This document shows, one piece after another, positions 48,096-60,327 of a stretch of 64,000 nt of DNA (the first letter of the stretch is position 1; every line of letters starts with the position of its first letter). The DNA comes from an uncultured delta proteobacterium (GTDB lineage Bacteria; Desulfobacterota; Desulfobacteria; Desulfobacterales; JAHEIW01), in assembly GCA_963706575.1 (NCBI GenBank), contig CAVPNL010000006.1:576001-640000 (forward strand), given 5' to 3'. The notes under the pieces were generated by a model that did no database searches, was not told where the DNA came from, and worked only from the letters and a program-made list of their open reading frames with translations. The position numbers and the translations under genes were made by a program.

Positions 48096-51000
48096 CTACC
48101 TTACGATATTGTGGATTCTCAACAGAGACTTATAATAATCACTCAAGTGATCCTGCCTGCTCCAGTTGTTGGAGTACCGGTACATCAGAGCGTCTAGGAT
48201 AGTTCGTATGGGATGGCCCGGCAAGTGCGTGGGCCATCTCATGGGTTATGGTGTGCATCAATACATGGCTTAGATCATACTCATAATTGATCCCAAGTCA
48301 GATCAGTTGCCAGCGGCAGTTCAACCAGCCCATCACCATCAATGTCAAAGGGGCTCAGATCGCCATCGAAAGTTGTAATGCGTTTATCGCCGTCCCATTC
48401 TCCGTCCGGACCGTCGCCCATCACACCATCTATGGGATCCAATTGGTCCGTCTGGTCTTCCACCACGCTGAGGGGGTTTAAATATCCATCTGGCAGATCC
48501 CAGCTGTTTCCCCAGGTTGTCCCATCAATGTAAGGATTGTCGTTAAAATAATTGTAAAGGGGTTTCTCGCAGCGTAACGGCAAGGCCGTACATGCTGGCC
48601 TGGTTGGCTGTGGTCTGGCACCAGGCATAACCCTTGGTGGCCCATCGCCAGTACCGGGTTCCCAACGGATTCTGCTGGCTTGGCGGGCTCGCAGAGACAA
48701 AGCGGATGTGGCCGTCCGGCGATCCGAATACACCCGTGGGATCATGACGTATTATCAGTACGTTGATGTGAGGCACGGGTTTGCGGATCCTGTAACTGTA
48801 TGTGCCCGGAGATACTTGACCATATTCAAAATCCAAACCGAGCTCTTCGCCGTTAGCGCTCCAGTAGCTGATGGGCATCCACACCCCATCGCCATTCAAC
48901 TCAAACTCCCACTCGTGCCTCGGCCAGGCGGTTGACCAATTGGTGCCCGCACCATTGACCACATTTCCGCTGATGCTGGTGATATTTCCCTGCCGGTAGT
49001 AGACAAAGAATGATCCGTCCTCGGTGGCATCATGTCCCCAGGCGGTAGTATCGTGCACAGTCAATGCCGGCGTTTTCAAAGGCCAGCCCGTAGGTGAAAT
49101 TGTAATCACCGTCGAAACCCACACCACGGACGAAGAGATCCTTGCGGAAGGGGTGCAACCTCATATGCGGCGTTTCGCCTGCCAGTATTCGGGTGATCCC
49201 CCGGTACTCCTCAAAATGCGTGAAGCCATCGCCCAGGGGCGCCGAGTAGCCCGCTCCTTCGAAAGTGATCGCGTCGGTGTCGGCATTGGGATCCAGGCCG
49301 GTCAGATCACCATGTACATTCCAGGCGCTGCTGATGCCGTTTTTGTCCGAATTCACAGGGACCCACAGCTGACCCAGGTAGTTTCCGGAGACCGGGTCTG
49401 TTACCAGCACCTTGGTTCTGCCGCCGTAATCCCAGGAGTGGAGGTAAACTTCATAGTTGCCTCCGCCGGAATCTGCTACAATGATGCTGCCCTGGTTGAA
49501 GCAATCTATTGTATTACAGTCGGGCGAGCTCATAGTCGTGAGTCCGAAGTCGGGTCCATGATAATCGTACCAGGCCGGGTAATCACCCCCGCCGACCATA
49601 TCGGCCGGATCGGGATCGTTCTCGGCCCTGCCCGGATAGTTGGACGTCATCCGCAAGCTGAAAACCGCCTGTGCCGGCGCCGGACTCGAGTCGGTCCACG
49701 TCGCCTGTACCCTGAATGTCTTCCCAAATTCGGGCAATCCGTCTCCGGATCCGGTATCGGTCGCGATTAACGAAAACGCTATGGTTTGGGCCACGGTTGG
49801 ATTCGTGCCACCCTGATACTCCTGTAGATTATTCAGTCCATCATCGTCATCATCGTTCTCGGCAACAGCGTCTGTTGGCGATCCGGCAAAGTACTCCTCC
49901 TCCCACCAGTTGGGCAGACCGTCACCATCGATGTCAGGATTCAGGCAGTCGGGCCAGAGATAACCTTCATTCTCATGGCCAGTGGGATAGTTTGTGTTGG
50001 CATAGTTCGGAGGTGTTGCCGGCAGATTGCTGTCGCATGGTTCTTCTGCGCACAGGGGATCACTGCCACAGGCGATTTCATCGTCGTTGAGGTAGACCGT
50101 CGCCGTCCACATCCAGTGGGTCGTCAGCGCAGTTCGCTTCCCTGGTCTGAGAGGTCTTCATCCACGTTGTTGGCGCCGGGCACCCGCGTAATTACAATGT
50201 CTTCACTGCCCGTTTTGGCGTATATGTCGGTGGCTGTGATGCGCACCGTAATCGATACCGGATCTACCGTCACCTCCGGCATTTGAATCGGGCCGGCCGT
50301 CCAGTTGATAGTTCCGCTTGCCGCACCATTTTGAGGGTCTCCCACAACGGCCCACGCGACGGATGCAACTTCGGTATCGTCGTTGGCAAGGCCGCTCAAA
50401 ATAATCGATTGCAGCGTGGTGGTATAGGTGCCCTCGGTTGTCGGGCCAATGATCGAAACTGTTGGAGTCTGCACTGTCTTTGACGACCGTAATGGTGTCG
50501 GTAGCAGTGTAAGTGCTACTAGTCGTAATCGGGCGGTAGATCAACTGTTCCTTCGGCTGTCACCAGGATCACGTTTCCGCCATCTGTCAAGGCTGACATT
50601 TGCACTCCAGGAACCTCCTAGGCCGGATAGTTGATCCTCCATTGGTAACGGTTATGCTATCTGCATTAATTGATGTTCCGCTTATCGTGATGGAACCGTC
50701 GTTGGTGAAATGCGGACTGGTTGCCGGACTGGTGATTCTGACATACACCGGGTTATCAGGATTGGCGCCTTCCAGGTATTCCTGCAGGTTGCTCACCCCG
50801 TCGCCATCGTAGTCGTCGTCGGCGCCGCAGGTTGCGCAATCCGTCGATCCACCGAAGTAAAACTCCTCCCACGGATCCGGCAGGCCGTCATCGTCGGCAT
50901 CTCTGAAGCTCGATGTTTCAATTGCGCCCATATCCCAGGAGTCTCCCTTTGGCCGGCTGGAGCCGGTGAGATCTATCCCCGGTTCGGTGACGGTGGTACC

Positions 51001-54000
51001 GTCGATGCACAAAGAAGTGCGCTGTAAGGAGTAATCTTCAAAGGGGGCATCACACCCGGAAGGATTAGCCACGCAGAACAATGGATCCACGGAAAGGTTC
51101 GTGGGCGGCAGGTCGATCTGATTTACGGTTCCGATATCATTTTCGATCAGATTGGTGGGTTCGAAATCTCCCTCCAGCGACACATCTGTAGACGGATCGA
51201 CACCCGTGCCATTTCCGTAGAGGATATTGTATTTGACCATCGGCAGGGCACCATCTTCGATCACGATGCCGGCATCAGCATTGGCAGTAATCGTGTTGCT
51301 TGCGATGGTAACGTCCGAAACCAATGCCACCCGAATCCCTTCGGGATTGCCGTAGATGAGGTTACCGCTGATGTTCGCCACGGCAGAGTCATCCAGGTAC
51401 ACACCGGTGCAGCCGTTGCTGTAAATGCGGCTGGTTTTAACAGCACCTGAACCGTTCATTATGTTCACGCCGCCATAGCCGCCCGTCGTTTGACCAGAGT
51501 TATTTCCTGTGATCGTGCAGCCGATTACCTCATTGCCGAATCCGGCAAAGAGGGCGATGCCGTTGCGGCCGTTATTCTGCACCGTTGTTCCGATAATCTG
51601 GTTGTCATCCGGTGTCTCGGCGCAGCCGTCCACGAGGATTCCGTCTCCAGAGTTGAGCTCTACTGTGCCATTGCGGACGATATTATTTGAGCTGCCGGCG
51701 GCAATTTCGATGCCGGTATCACAAGAACTGATCACTGTGTCGCCCAGATCGATATCCAGCATGTAGTTTCCACGTATATCGATGCCGGTACGGCAGTCCT
51801 GGATGAATGTTTGACCGGTGAAGCGAATGCAGGCCGCATCGGTAGCAAAACCTACTCCGACATCATATCTTCGAATTATAACGTTCTGAAGAATGATTTC
51901 TTCGGAACCTTCATCCAGCCACAGGCCGTAAGCTTCAGTTTTTGTCCATCGAGTGGAATGATATCAACTATAAGCTCGTTTTCTTTACCGGATATCTGGC
52001 CGAAATTCTGAAGCGTCCATCGGGCCTTCAATTGTATTGTTACTTCCATCCAGATTGAAGTTCACGTTATTACCGGAGACGCTTCCGCCCTGCAGGACAT
52101 TGTATGAACTGTCAGAGCCCATATAGACACCGGTATCAGATCCGGAAACCTGACACCATTCAGCTGGTTGCCCGACCCCGCTACAATGGCAATGCCATTA
52201 TTGGTATTATTGCTGACTAACCGTTCCGATGATTTGATTGTCGTCCGGCGCTTCAGGGTTCGGGATCATCGGCGCATCATTCAAATCGGATGCCGTCAGT
52301 ATTTTCCTGAACAGTTCCGTTCAAAACGGTATTGCTGGAACTGCCGGCCGTAAACAGAATACCGGCATCGCAGCCACTGATATGTTGATCCCGTTAGGTC
52401 GACATTGACCATGTAGTTTTCAAGAAATTCAATGCCGGCGCGGCAATTCTGGATGGCGGCACCTGAAACGGTTATACTGGCGCCATCCGTGGCAAAGCCG
52501 ATGCCCACATCAGTATCCTGAATCGAACCCCCACTGACCGTAAAGTCTTCCACGCCCATTTCGATTTTCAGGCCGTAAGCACCGGGACCGCTGATTGCAG
52601 GATTTACCAGTTGGTTGCCGGTTCCGCCGGAAACTTTCACGGCTTCCAGGGCAATATTCTGAATTGATTCCATTGCTGATAGTGTTATCAGAGCTTTCTG
52701 CTGCAAACTCCACGCCAGTCTGGCAATCCGAAATCATCGAATTCGCCAAATCGACTTTAAGCTGGTAAGCTTCCACCAATTGAAGGCCTGTCTGGCATGC
52801 GGAAATATTAACGCTATTGAAGGTGGCACAGCCGCCGTCCGAGTTAAACACCACGGCTTCATTGAAATTAACGATATTCAAGCCGTTGATGGTCACATCG
52901 GAGGATAGAGGTGAAAAAACGAATCCCTGCGTCCAGGACGATGCACCGACACCGTCCATGGTGACACCGGCGGCTTCAATGACCACATTCTGGCTGGTTA
53001 CCAGCGGCGTATCCGGCTCGGGATCTCCGATGCTGTATGCTCCTGCCGTAGATACGAATTGTGTAAGCCCCTTGTTCGAGCATATTGAGTCTGTCGAACG
53101 CTGCATGGATTGACTTTAACGGATAAGCCTCTGTTCCGAGATTCAAGTCACTGCCATCATTTTTATCTACATAAATTCCAGCAGCAAAAATCGGCATGCG
53201 GTCTGGGTAGTTTGAATCATCAACCGAGTCTGGAAGTCTCCGGCCTGCTACCTCCATCAGGTCGGACCAGATATCACCGTCATTGTCTGTATCAGGTCAT
53301 GGATTGGGTCCGTCATTCTCCTCCTGCGGTATGTCCCGCCAAACCCACCCTGGTTATCCAAATCCTCTTCCCGTCTGGGGTGCCATCGTCATCTGTATCG
53401 GGACCTTGGGGCTCAGGTAGTCGACCCCAAAGACGTGATTTCCCACCAATCGTGAGCGTATCTTGTCGTCGTCCTGATCACAGGCATCACCTCTATCCAT
53501 CGCCGTGTCAAAATCTTCTTGATCTATGCTACAAAAGCCATTCGTCGCTCCGCAAGAATCATTAGAGATCATCGTCTGCAGCCGAACAGGTCATATTGAT
53601 CTTGTCAACGGGGGTGCATGTACCAGCGCGAGGGACCGTTTGGTACTGTCAGGGCAGTTGTCACATTGATCAGCGATGCCGTCTGCGTCGGTGTCAAATC
53701 CTGCAATCACAGCAATGAAGGCATCTAAATCACTTCGTTTCTTCGTCCGCAAATCCGTAAGTAGAGCCTGCAATATAAATATTACTGTTTAAATCTAAAG
53801 AAATGCCGTAGCTTGCGTCGTCGTTTGTTCCGCCGAAGTATGTTGAATAAGCGACCTCATAACTTCCATTGTCCGGCACGAGTTTCGTTACAAAAGCATC
53901 ATATGCGCCGGCATAACTGGAATCTTCGATTAAAGGAAGATCCGGAGAGCCAGTTTCTCCCGTAATCAGAATATTGCCAACAGGATCAACAGCGATACCG

Positions 54001-55852
54001 TAAGCCTCATCATCTCCACTGCCTCCCAGATATGTTGAGTAATTTAGTAATGACCCGTCCGCATTGAGTTTGCTAACAAAGGTATCCCATCCACCGTTGT
54101 TAGAATTCTGGAATGCTAGTAATGATGTCGGAAAATCGCCTGATAAAGTTTGTCCAGCAATGTAAGCATTTCCATAACTGTCAGTGGCAATAGCATTACC
54201 AATATCTTCTCCGCTCCCGCCAAGGTAAGTGGAGTACTCGAGGTCTGAGGCGTGGGGTTTAGTTTTGCCACAAAGGCGTCTAAAGGCCCGCCGAGGACGG
54301 TATCAAGGGCACCCGTGGTGACACTGAAATTGGTAGAAGCGGTTTGCCCGGTCACGTAGGCGCATCCGTCTTGATCGATAGCGATGCCGCGGATTAAATC
54401 TTCACCGCTGCCCCCGAGAAATGTCGAATAATCTAGGTCGGTTCCAGTCGTATTAAACTTGGTCACGAAAGCATCGACATTGCCCGCGGAATTCGAGTAG
54501 GCGCCAGGGGTAACCGGAAAATTTGATGACTGCGTTTCTCCGGCCACATATGCATACCCATTAGCATCGACGGCGATGGCATGACCTATTTCAGGGCCGC
54601 CTCCTCCCAGATAGGTGGAATAGATCAAGCCTGTTCCTTCTGAATCGATCTTGGCGACAAATAGATCGGAGTTTCCTCCGATTTTTGCGTCATAAGGTTT
54701 TGCCGGCGCTGTGGGAAATTTCTTCGAGCCGGTTTCCCCGGTCACGTAAGCATTTCCTTGGCTGTCAACCGCTATCGCATAAATGGCGTCGTCCAATTCA
54801 CCGCCTAAATAGGTTGACCATGCAATTTCGCCATCGGAATTTAACTTTGTAATGAACCCGTCGTAGTTACCCGCATTTGATTCATAAACACCTTCCGGTG
54901 TTGGGAGAAAGTTGGTCGACAATGTAAATCCCCCAACATATGCATTGCCTGATCCATCAACGGCCACCGCAAAAGCGCTATCTTCGTCTTCACCGCCCAG
55001 ATATGTCGAAAAGCTGAGACAAGGGTCGATGATGAGCGGCAGGGCGGGGTCATGACCGGCCACGTTAAAACCGTACGTCTCTTCTTCGAGCTTGTAGGCC
55101 ACCCGGACGAATTGTTTCTTGCCGTTTTTTTCCTGATAGGCGCGCGGTTCGCTGAAGCGAATCGCGCCGCGCGGCAATTCAATTTCGAGCTCACCGTTGC
55201 CATTAATTCGCAGGGTATCGGCGCCTTCGATTTTGAGCCTTATCATGCTGATATCGGCGCCCGGCTGAAGGGTAAAGATCTTTTCGACATTGTCCCCGTA
55301 GGCCTTGAGGGACAAATCGATTCCCGTATAAATTTCTCCCAGGCTGACCGTATTGTAGGTCGAGATTCCCGTTTTCCAATTGTTTCGATCATTACCGGTA
55401 AAGTAATTGATTTTTGCCCGGGCCCGGTCGGCTCCCTGGAGGTCTACTTTAGATACGCCAATGAGCTGCTCCCGAATGGACAGGATCTGCATGCGTTTCT
55501 TGACCATTGAATGCCGCCCGACCTTTTCTTTGGAATCCGGGATAGAAAAGGTGTAGACCAAATCGCCGCCCGCCGTGACGTAGAATTTCCCACTAAAGGT
55601 CTGGGCATAGAAGCGAACCTGTTTGCCTATTTGCCCCTCATTGGAAATGAATGGTATCTGCAGCTTAAGCGCTTCTTGAGCAATCGATGCTTTGTCAACG
55701 GGGCTTGCTTTATCACATGTAGTTGATTGAAGGGCTGCGAACGAATTTGTGGCTAAAATTAGGGATAGGCATAGGAAAGAAATAAACAGAGTTTTTGGCA
55801 GGTGGGTATTAAGTGATTTAAATAAAGAAAAGGAATGGTTTGCCGAGCTCAT
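48096..55852 (-). CDS. Giant multidomain surface/secreted protein (SBBP beta-propeller repeats, TSP3-like Ca-binding repeats, parallel beta-helices, C-terminal HExxH), fragmented by many frameshifts
   Basis: STYLGG..D.A..IAVD repeats; DTDADGIADQCDNCP; DADDDGLPDPWEE/DGDGVSNLQEY repeats; NxxxGI beta-helix repeats; HEMAHALAGPSH; stop at 48096-48098; ATG 55852 with purine-rich RBS. Confidence 0.7.
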
Positions 55853-56754
55853 TTGCCCCCCTCTCCTGAAATGATCTCTTCTCAATTAGCCCATTCAATG
55901 AAGGCGTGAACGCGTTCTGAATGGATCAAAAAATTTAAAAACCGAATCAGCTGTGTCGTTTTAATATTTCAAGGACGCTAATAAAAATCGAAGTGTAATT
56001 TAATCCTTATTGCTAAGCCCGTCTTCAATCGATCGACGGGATGTTGTTTTCCGGCACATCTAAATAATGAGGGCAAATAAATTAATGAATAAAATTAATA
56101 AGGATGCAACGGTATAAAGGATGATGCGGTATATATAATACCGAACTAGGAAAATGAGCTATTAAAATCGCCTCTTTTTGTTTAGCAATTTCCCCTCATC
56201 CTGTTATTGCCGATTAAGGATGAGGCAGATTCATCCAAAGGTTTGCTTAAATCGGGAACCTACAATAGTTCCCTTCAGGGGTTCTTCTTTGCCTTATAAA
56301 AAAGGATGCTTTTGAATCGCTGATTCTGATTCAGCATTAAAGCAAAAAAATATAGTGTCGGCGGGCACTTTCTATCGGCTGGACAAGTGTTGATTATTAT
56401 TATCAGAAACAGGATTCAATACAAGCCCAGAATTTTACGGGCAAAATACCTGGTAAAAACCCGTATTCTTTCAATGCGCTAATTAATACTAAAACCGATG
56501 TATCTAATTGTTATTTATAAAATTAATTTTAATTCGTTTAACGTTGAAAGCGCGACAATAGCGCATCAGGAATAGGGTGGAGTTAGCTTTATACAACTTC
56601 CGAGCTTTTAGTTAAAACCAACTTCGATTCAGCGGGGATCGTATATTACGAAAGATTCGATTTCTGCCTTTCGAACACAGGCATTGGTGCTATTCAAGTT
56701 AAATTTTCTAAAGTACATTATGCTGACCATGTGGTAAAAAAGGATACGGCAGAA

Positions 56755-57105
56755 TCAGGACATCACCTCCAGGGCATTTTCCACGGTTTCATGGATATCG
56801 GCAAACCGGGTGATCCCCACCATGCCAAATATTTTTTTAAAGTGACTCGAAACACCGGTAATCGCGATGTGCTGGTTGTTGCGTTTGCTCTGCGCCAGAA
56901 TCTGAATCAGGGCTGCAATTCCGCCGCTGTTGATGTAGGCCTCTTCGTCGATTTTCAGCAGGATCTTGTCCACGCCTTGAGTGCTGGCGTTCTGGTAGGC
57001 TTCGCTCAGGAACGGCTCGGAAAAAGACGTCAGGTCACCATGAATGTTAAACAGGGTGATCTCCCCGTGCTGTTCAAGATTGATTTCGTTGCTGTGCTGC
57101 TGCAT
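56755..57105 (-). CDS. STAS anti-anti-sigma factor (RsbV/SpoIIAA-like)
   Basis: IHGDLT, YINSGGIA with the phospho-acceptor Ser, FKKIFGMVG. Confidence 0.9.
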   Translation of the reverse strand: MQQHSNEINLEQHGEITLFNIHGDLTSFSEPFLSEAYQNASTQGVDKILLKIDEEAYINSGGIAALIQILAQSKRNNQHIAITGVSSHFKKIFGMVGITRFADIHETVENALEVMS

Positions 57106-57125
57106 GCGGTCCCCTTAAGGGGTAA

Positions 57126-57587
57126 TTACGAATTCATCTTGATGGCCATCTTGACCACGTGGCCGCCGTTGGCCCCTTCATTGAATTCGACCTGATCGGC
57201 AAGCTGTTTGATCAAAAACAAACCAAATCCAATCGGTGATTCCAAATCCTCGATGATCTTTTCGATGTCGGGTTTGGGCGGGTGCTCCTTGATGCCGTTG
57301 CCCTCGTCCGTCACTATGACATTGAGGGTATCGTCCTGGCAATTCAGCGAAACGGTCACCCGCGCATCCGGGCGCCCCTTGTTGCCGTGCTCCATGGCAT
57401 TGATGGCCGCCTCGGACACCATCGTCTTTAAGTCTTCGATGCGCTCGGCCGACAGACCCATCATCTTGGCATAAGAGGCCGAACACGCCATGGCTACCCG
57501 CTCGTAGCCCAATTGATTTAACAGGCTGACTTCTATGTTTCTATCGCTCAAATCCTTAACTTTCTCCTCTAAATCCGGTCTAGGCAA
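57126..57587 (-). CDS. Anti-sigma factor Ser kinase (RsbW/SpoIIAB-like)
   Basis: SEAAINAMEHGN, VTDEGNG, GFGLFLIKQLADQV; start uncertain. Confidence 0.9.
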   Translation of the reverse strand: MPRPDLEEKVKDLSDRNIEVSLLNQLGYERVAMACSASYAKMMGLSAERIEDLKTMVSEAAINAMEHGNKGRPDARVTVSLNCQDDTLNVIVTDEGNGIKEHPPKPDIEKIIEDLESPIGFGLFLIKQLADQVEFNEGANGGHVVKMAIKMNS

Positions 57588-57959
57588 TTCGTTTCGGGTA
57601 TTCAGCGTGTCGTCTAAAATCGATCGACAGCAAAGATATAATAAAGAAGTGCATGAAGCGTGTCAATAAAATTGTTGCCCTAACCTTTTTCTTGTATTCC
57701 GGCAAGATGCTGTTCTCACTATTTATATTGAAATATAGGTCCAGGGCTCCCGGCGCATAAAAAAGGGGAACGGGGTTGATTTGTTGCGTTCCGGGGACAG
57801 GCTATGCGCGGTAATGACATGCGCGCGGACCGGCCTCTGCTTGCCGCGCCGCAGTCAAGCTTTAAGCGTGACGAAAGGGGCTGCCGGCCAGGAGAAGGCG
57901 GCTATAGTGGAACGCTTGTAATACCGATCGCGGCAAGATGCCGCTCCCACCTGACACCT

Positions 57960-58033
57960 GCCTGTCCGCCGAAGCCTTACGGGCGAAGGCGGAACACCTG
58001 CTTGTCCTCCGTAGCCTATTAGGCGAAGGAGGG
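57960..58033. repeat. Two tandem REP-like hairpins
   Basis: CCTGTCCGCCGAAGCCTTACGGGCGAAGGCGG and TGTCCTCCGTAGCCTATTAGGCGAAGGAGGG; related to the GCCG.AGCTT.AGCGAAGG motif at 34.3 and 36.07 kb. Confidence 0.6.
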
Positions 58034-58053
58034 AAACCTTTAATGAGCGCGCT

Positions 58054-59364
58054 CTATTCTTTAAGCGCGAATATTTCTACTTCTTCCGTCAAATTCTTAA
58101 GGGCGAATTGGCCCAGCTTCTCGAAGGAAAACTGATCTTTGACGCGCTCCATTGTTGATTTTGAAGCCAGCACCGCCCCGCCAGTGGCCTTGCCGCAGAT
58201 CCGGGCGGCAATATTGATGGTGTTGCCGTGAGAAGTGTAGGCCCAGCGCGAGCCGGTGTAGCTTTCGAATTTGGCCGCGCCCACAAATGCCTGCCCCGAG
58301 CAAATCCCGATGTTAATTAAGAGGGGAACCTGGGGCGCGGAGTCGAGGCCGCAATCATCGTTAATCAGGCAGGCCTTTTCCCGGATGGTCTGGGCGGCCC
58401 GCATCGCTTCAAGGGCGTGGACGGTATCGTCTTCGGTCAAAAAAAGAACCATCAGGCCATCGCCCGCGGTTTCAACCACATCTCCGTTGTTTTCAAAAAT
58501 GGCATCCATAAAGACCGAAAAATATTTTTCGACCAGGGCGTTGACTTCAGTGGCGCCGACGTTTTCCGTGATTTTGGTATATCCTTCGATGTCCAGAAAC
58601 AGAACCGTGACATCGCGCTCTTTGGCCTCCTGGATGTCGGCGCTGGGAGATGTTTCGATCATGCGGGTAACCGTATTGGGCACAAATTTACACAGATCAG
58701 CCTTGATGCCTTCTAAAATTTCAACCTTGCGCATGGCGGCCTTGAGCTCTTTGAGCGCTTTTTTAAGCTCAACGTTTTTGGCCTCAAGGTTACGGTTGAG
58801 TTTTTTAATCTCTTCAAACGAGCGCGCGTTTTTAAGCGCCACGATCAGGTTGTTCACCAGGGTGTCGAGCAGTTCCGCATCGTTTTCATTATACGGTTCA
58901 CCGATCAGCTTGGCCCCCAGCCCGAAGATTCCCGGCGAATCCGCCCCGACCGAAAAGCCCTGGATAAAATCCAGTGACGGCGGTAAAAAATCCTGCAGCA
59001 GCGGCTTTGCGGATTTATCAATTGATTCCGCAAAGGCATTATTTTTCAGGAGCTGCTCGATGCCGCTTTTTAAGACGGCCACCTCGTCGTCTTCAAGGCC
59101 GACCTCGACAAAGTGCCGGATGCCTCTGTCGGGCGAGTTGATGCCCAGAATGAATCCCTGGGTGACCCCGAAGTTGCCCATGGCCATGAGCAGAAAGCTT
59201 CTTAGAATTTTTTCGGATTCAACACTGCTGAAAATATCTTTGCTGACGTCATAAAGGGTCTTTAAGTAAAAGACGCGCCGGTCCAATTCGGTTTGAACGT
59301 GCTCTGCCTGCTGTAAAGCATCCTGGAGCCGTTTTACCTCTGCCTGATGATCGATTTTATCCAT
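58054..59364 (-). CDS. Class III adenylate/guanylate cyclase with N-terminal GAF-like domain
   Basis: LFLDIEGYT, VETAGDG, INIGI, GNTINIAARI. Confidence 0.9.
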   Translation of the reverse strand: MDKIDHQAEVKRLQDALQQAEHVQTELDRRVFYLKTLYDVSKDIFSSVESEKILRSFLLMAMGNFGVTQGFILGINSPDRGIRHFVEVGLEDDEVAVLKSGIEQLLKNNAFAESIDKSAKPLLQDFLPPSLDFIQGFSVGADSPGIFGLGAKLIGEPYNENDAELLDTLVNNLIVALKNARSFEEIKKLNRNLEAKNVELKKALKELKAAMRKVEILEGIKADLCKFVPNTVTRMIETSPSADIQEAKERDVTVLFLDIEGYTKITENVGATEVNALVEKYFSVFMDAIFENNGDVVETAGDGLMVLFLTEDDTVHALEAMRAAQTIREKACLINDDCGLDSAPQVPLLINIGICSGQAFVGAAKFESYTGSRWAYTSHGNTINIAARICGKATGGAVLASKSTMERVKDQFSFEKLGQFALKNLTEEVEIFALKE

Positions 59365-59369
59365 AAGCC

Positions 59370-59834
59370 TTAAAAAGTTACCGAGCGGACGAGGTTCATG
59401 AAGTGAAGTTTGATTTCCTTGCGGGATTCCTTAAGACGTTCAAGCAGTTTCTGGGCAAGGTTGTTCATCATGACGCAGACCAGGCCGGGGTCTTCCTGCT
59501 TTAGTTTTTCTAAATCTTCGCGTTTGAAGACCAGCAAATTGCTGTCCCGGGCCGCGCGGGCGGAGAGGCTGTAACGAAAAGGGGAGACCAGGGCGCTGAT
59601 GCCAAAGCAACCGTTTTTGGCTCTGACCATGGCGATGGGAATTTCGATTTTCTCGTCCACAAGGGTCAGAAGCTCGATGGCACCCTCCTTGATGAGGTAG
59701 AAATGCCGGGCTTCCTCATCCTCGCGAAAAAGCCACTTCCCTTCTTGAATCTTTTGCTCCCGGGAAATTGCAAGAACGCGTTGAAGCTGAGTTTCGGAAA
59801 GGCGATCAAATAGGTAACACGAAGAAAGCGGCAT
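59370..59834 (-). CDS. Stand-alone cyclic-nucleotide-binding-fold protein
   Basis: LFDRLS...LFREDEEA..FYLIKEG...GCFGISAL; ATG 59834 with GGGAGA RBS. Confidence 0.85.
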   Translation of the reverse strand: MPLSSCYLFDRLSETQLQRVLAISREQKIQEGKWLFREDEEARHFYLIKEGAIELLTLVDEKIEIPIAMVRAKNGCFGISALVSPFRYSLSARAARDSNLLVFKREDLEKLKQEDPGLVCVMMNNLAQKLLERLKESRKEIKLHFMNLVRSVTF

Positions 59835-59965
59835 TGTTATTCTCCCAAGTAAGCTTCTGCCGGGCTTGGCGCAATGATCTCCCTGACTAGCAGCCACGGC
59901 GATCTGGAATCTAGCGGTTCAACCCCGGTCCCCGGAATGGCCGCCAAGATGCTACCGATTGCGGC

Positions 59966-60313
59966 TTAAGCCATCTGTTGCAGCGCATCTTCTAAAGAAT
60001 CGTAAATCTGGGCAAACTTGGTGATGCCCACCATATGGAAGATCTTCTTAAAATGTTCAGAGATGCCGGTGATTCCAATCACCTGATCGTTTTTGCGGGT
60101 CTGGGCCAGAACCTGGATGAGTACGGCAATACCGCCGCTGTTAATATACGCATTGCTGTCGAATTTCAGCAGGATTTTGCCGGCTCCCTGGCTGCTCGCA
60201 TTCCGGTAGGCATCATTAAGGAAGGGTTCAGAAAAGGCGGTAACATCGCCCTGGATGTCCATAATCGTGACCGCATCGCGGGTTTCAAGCTTTATTTCGT
60301 TAACTTCCTGCAT
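59966..60313 (-). CDS. STAS anti-anti-sigma factor (RsbV/SpoIIAA-like)
   Basis: IQGDVT, YINSGGIA; paralogue of 56755..57105. Confidence 0.9.
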   Translation of the reverse strand: MQEVNEIKLETRDAVTIMDIQGDVTAFSEPFLNDAYRNASSQGAGKILLKFDSNAYINSGGIAVLIQVLAQTRKNDQVIGITGISEHFKKIFHMVGITKFAQIYDSLEDALQQMA

Positions 60314-60327
60314 CTTCCGACCTTATG

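Noticed and set aside
56160..56310. c-di-GMP riboswitch upstream of the surface protein
   Set aside because: GGCAAA/GCAAA words are present, but the GNRA-capped P2 and receptor arrangement are not
58271..59254. Long plus-strand ORFs opposite real genes (also 43006..43767, 46725..47402, 49024..49770)
   Set aside because: Antisense shadows of well-supported minus-strand genes with no recognisable motifs
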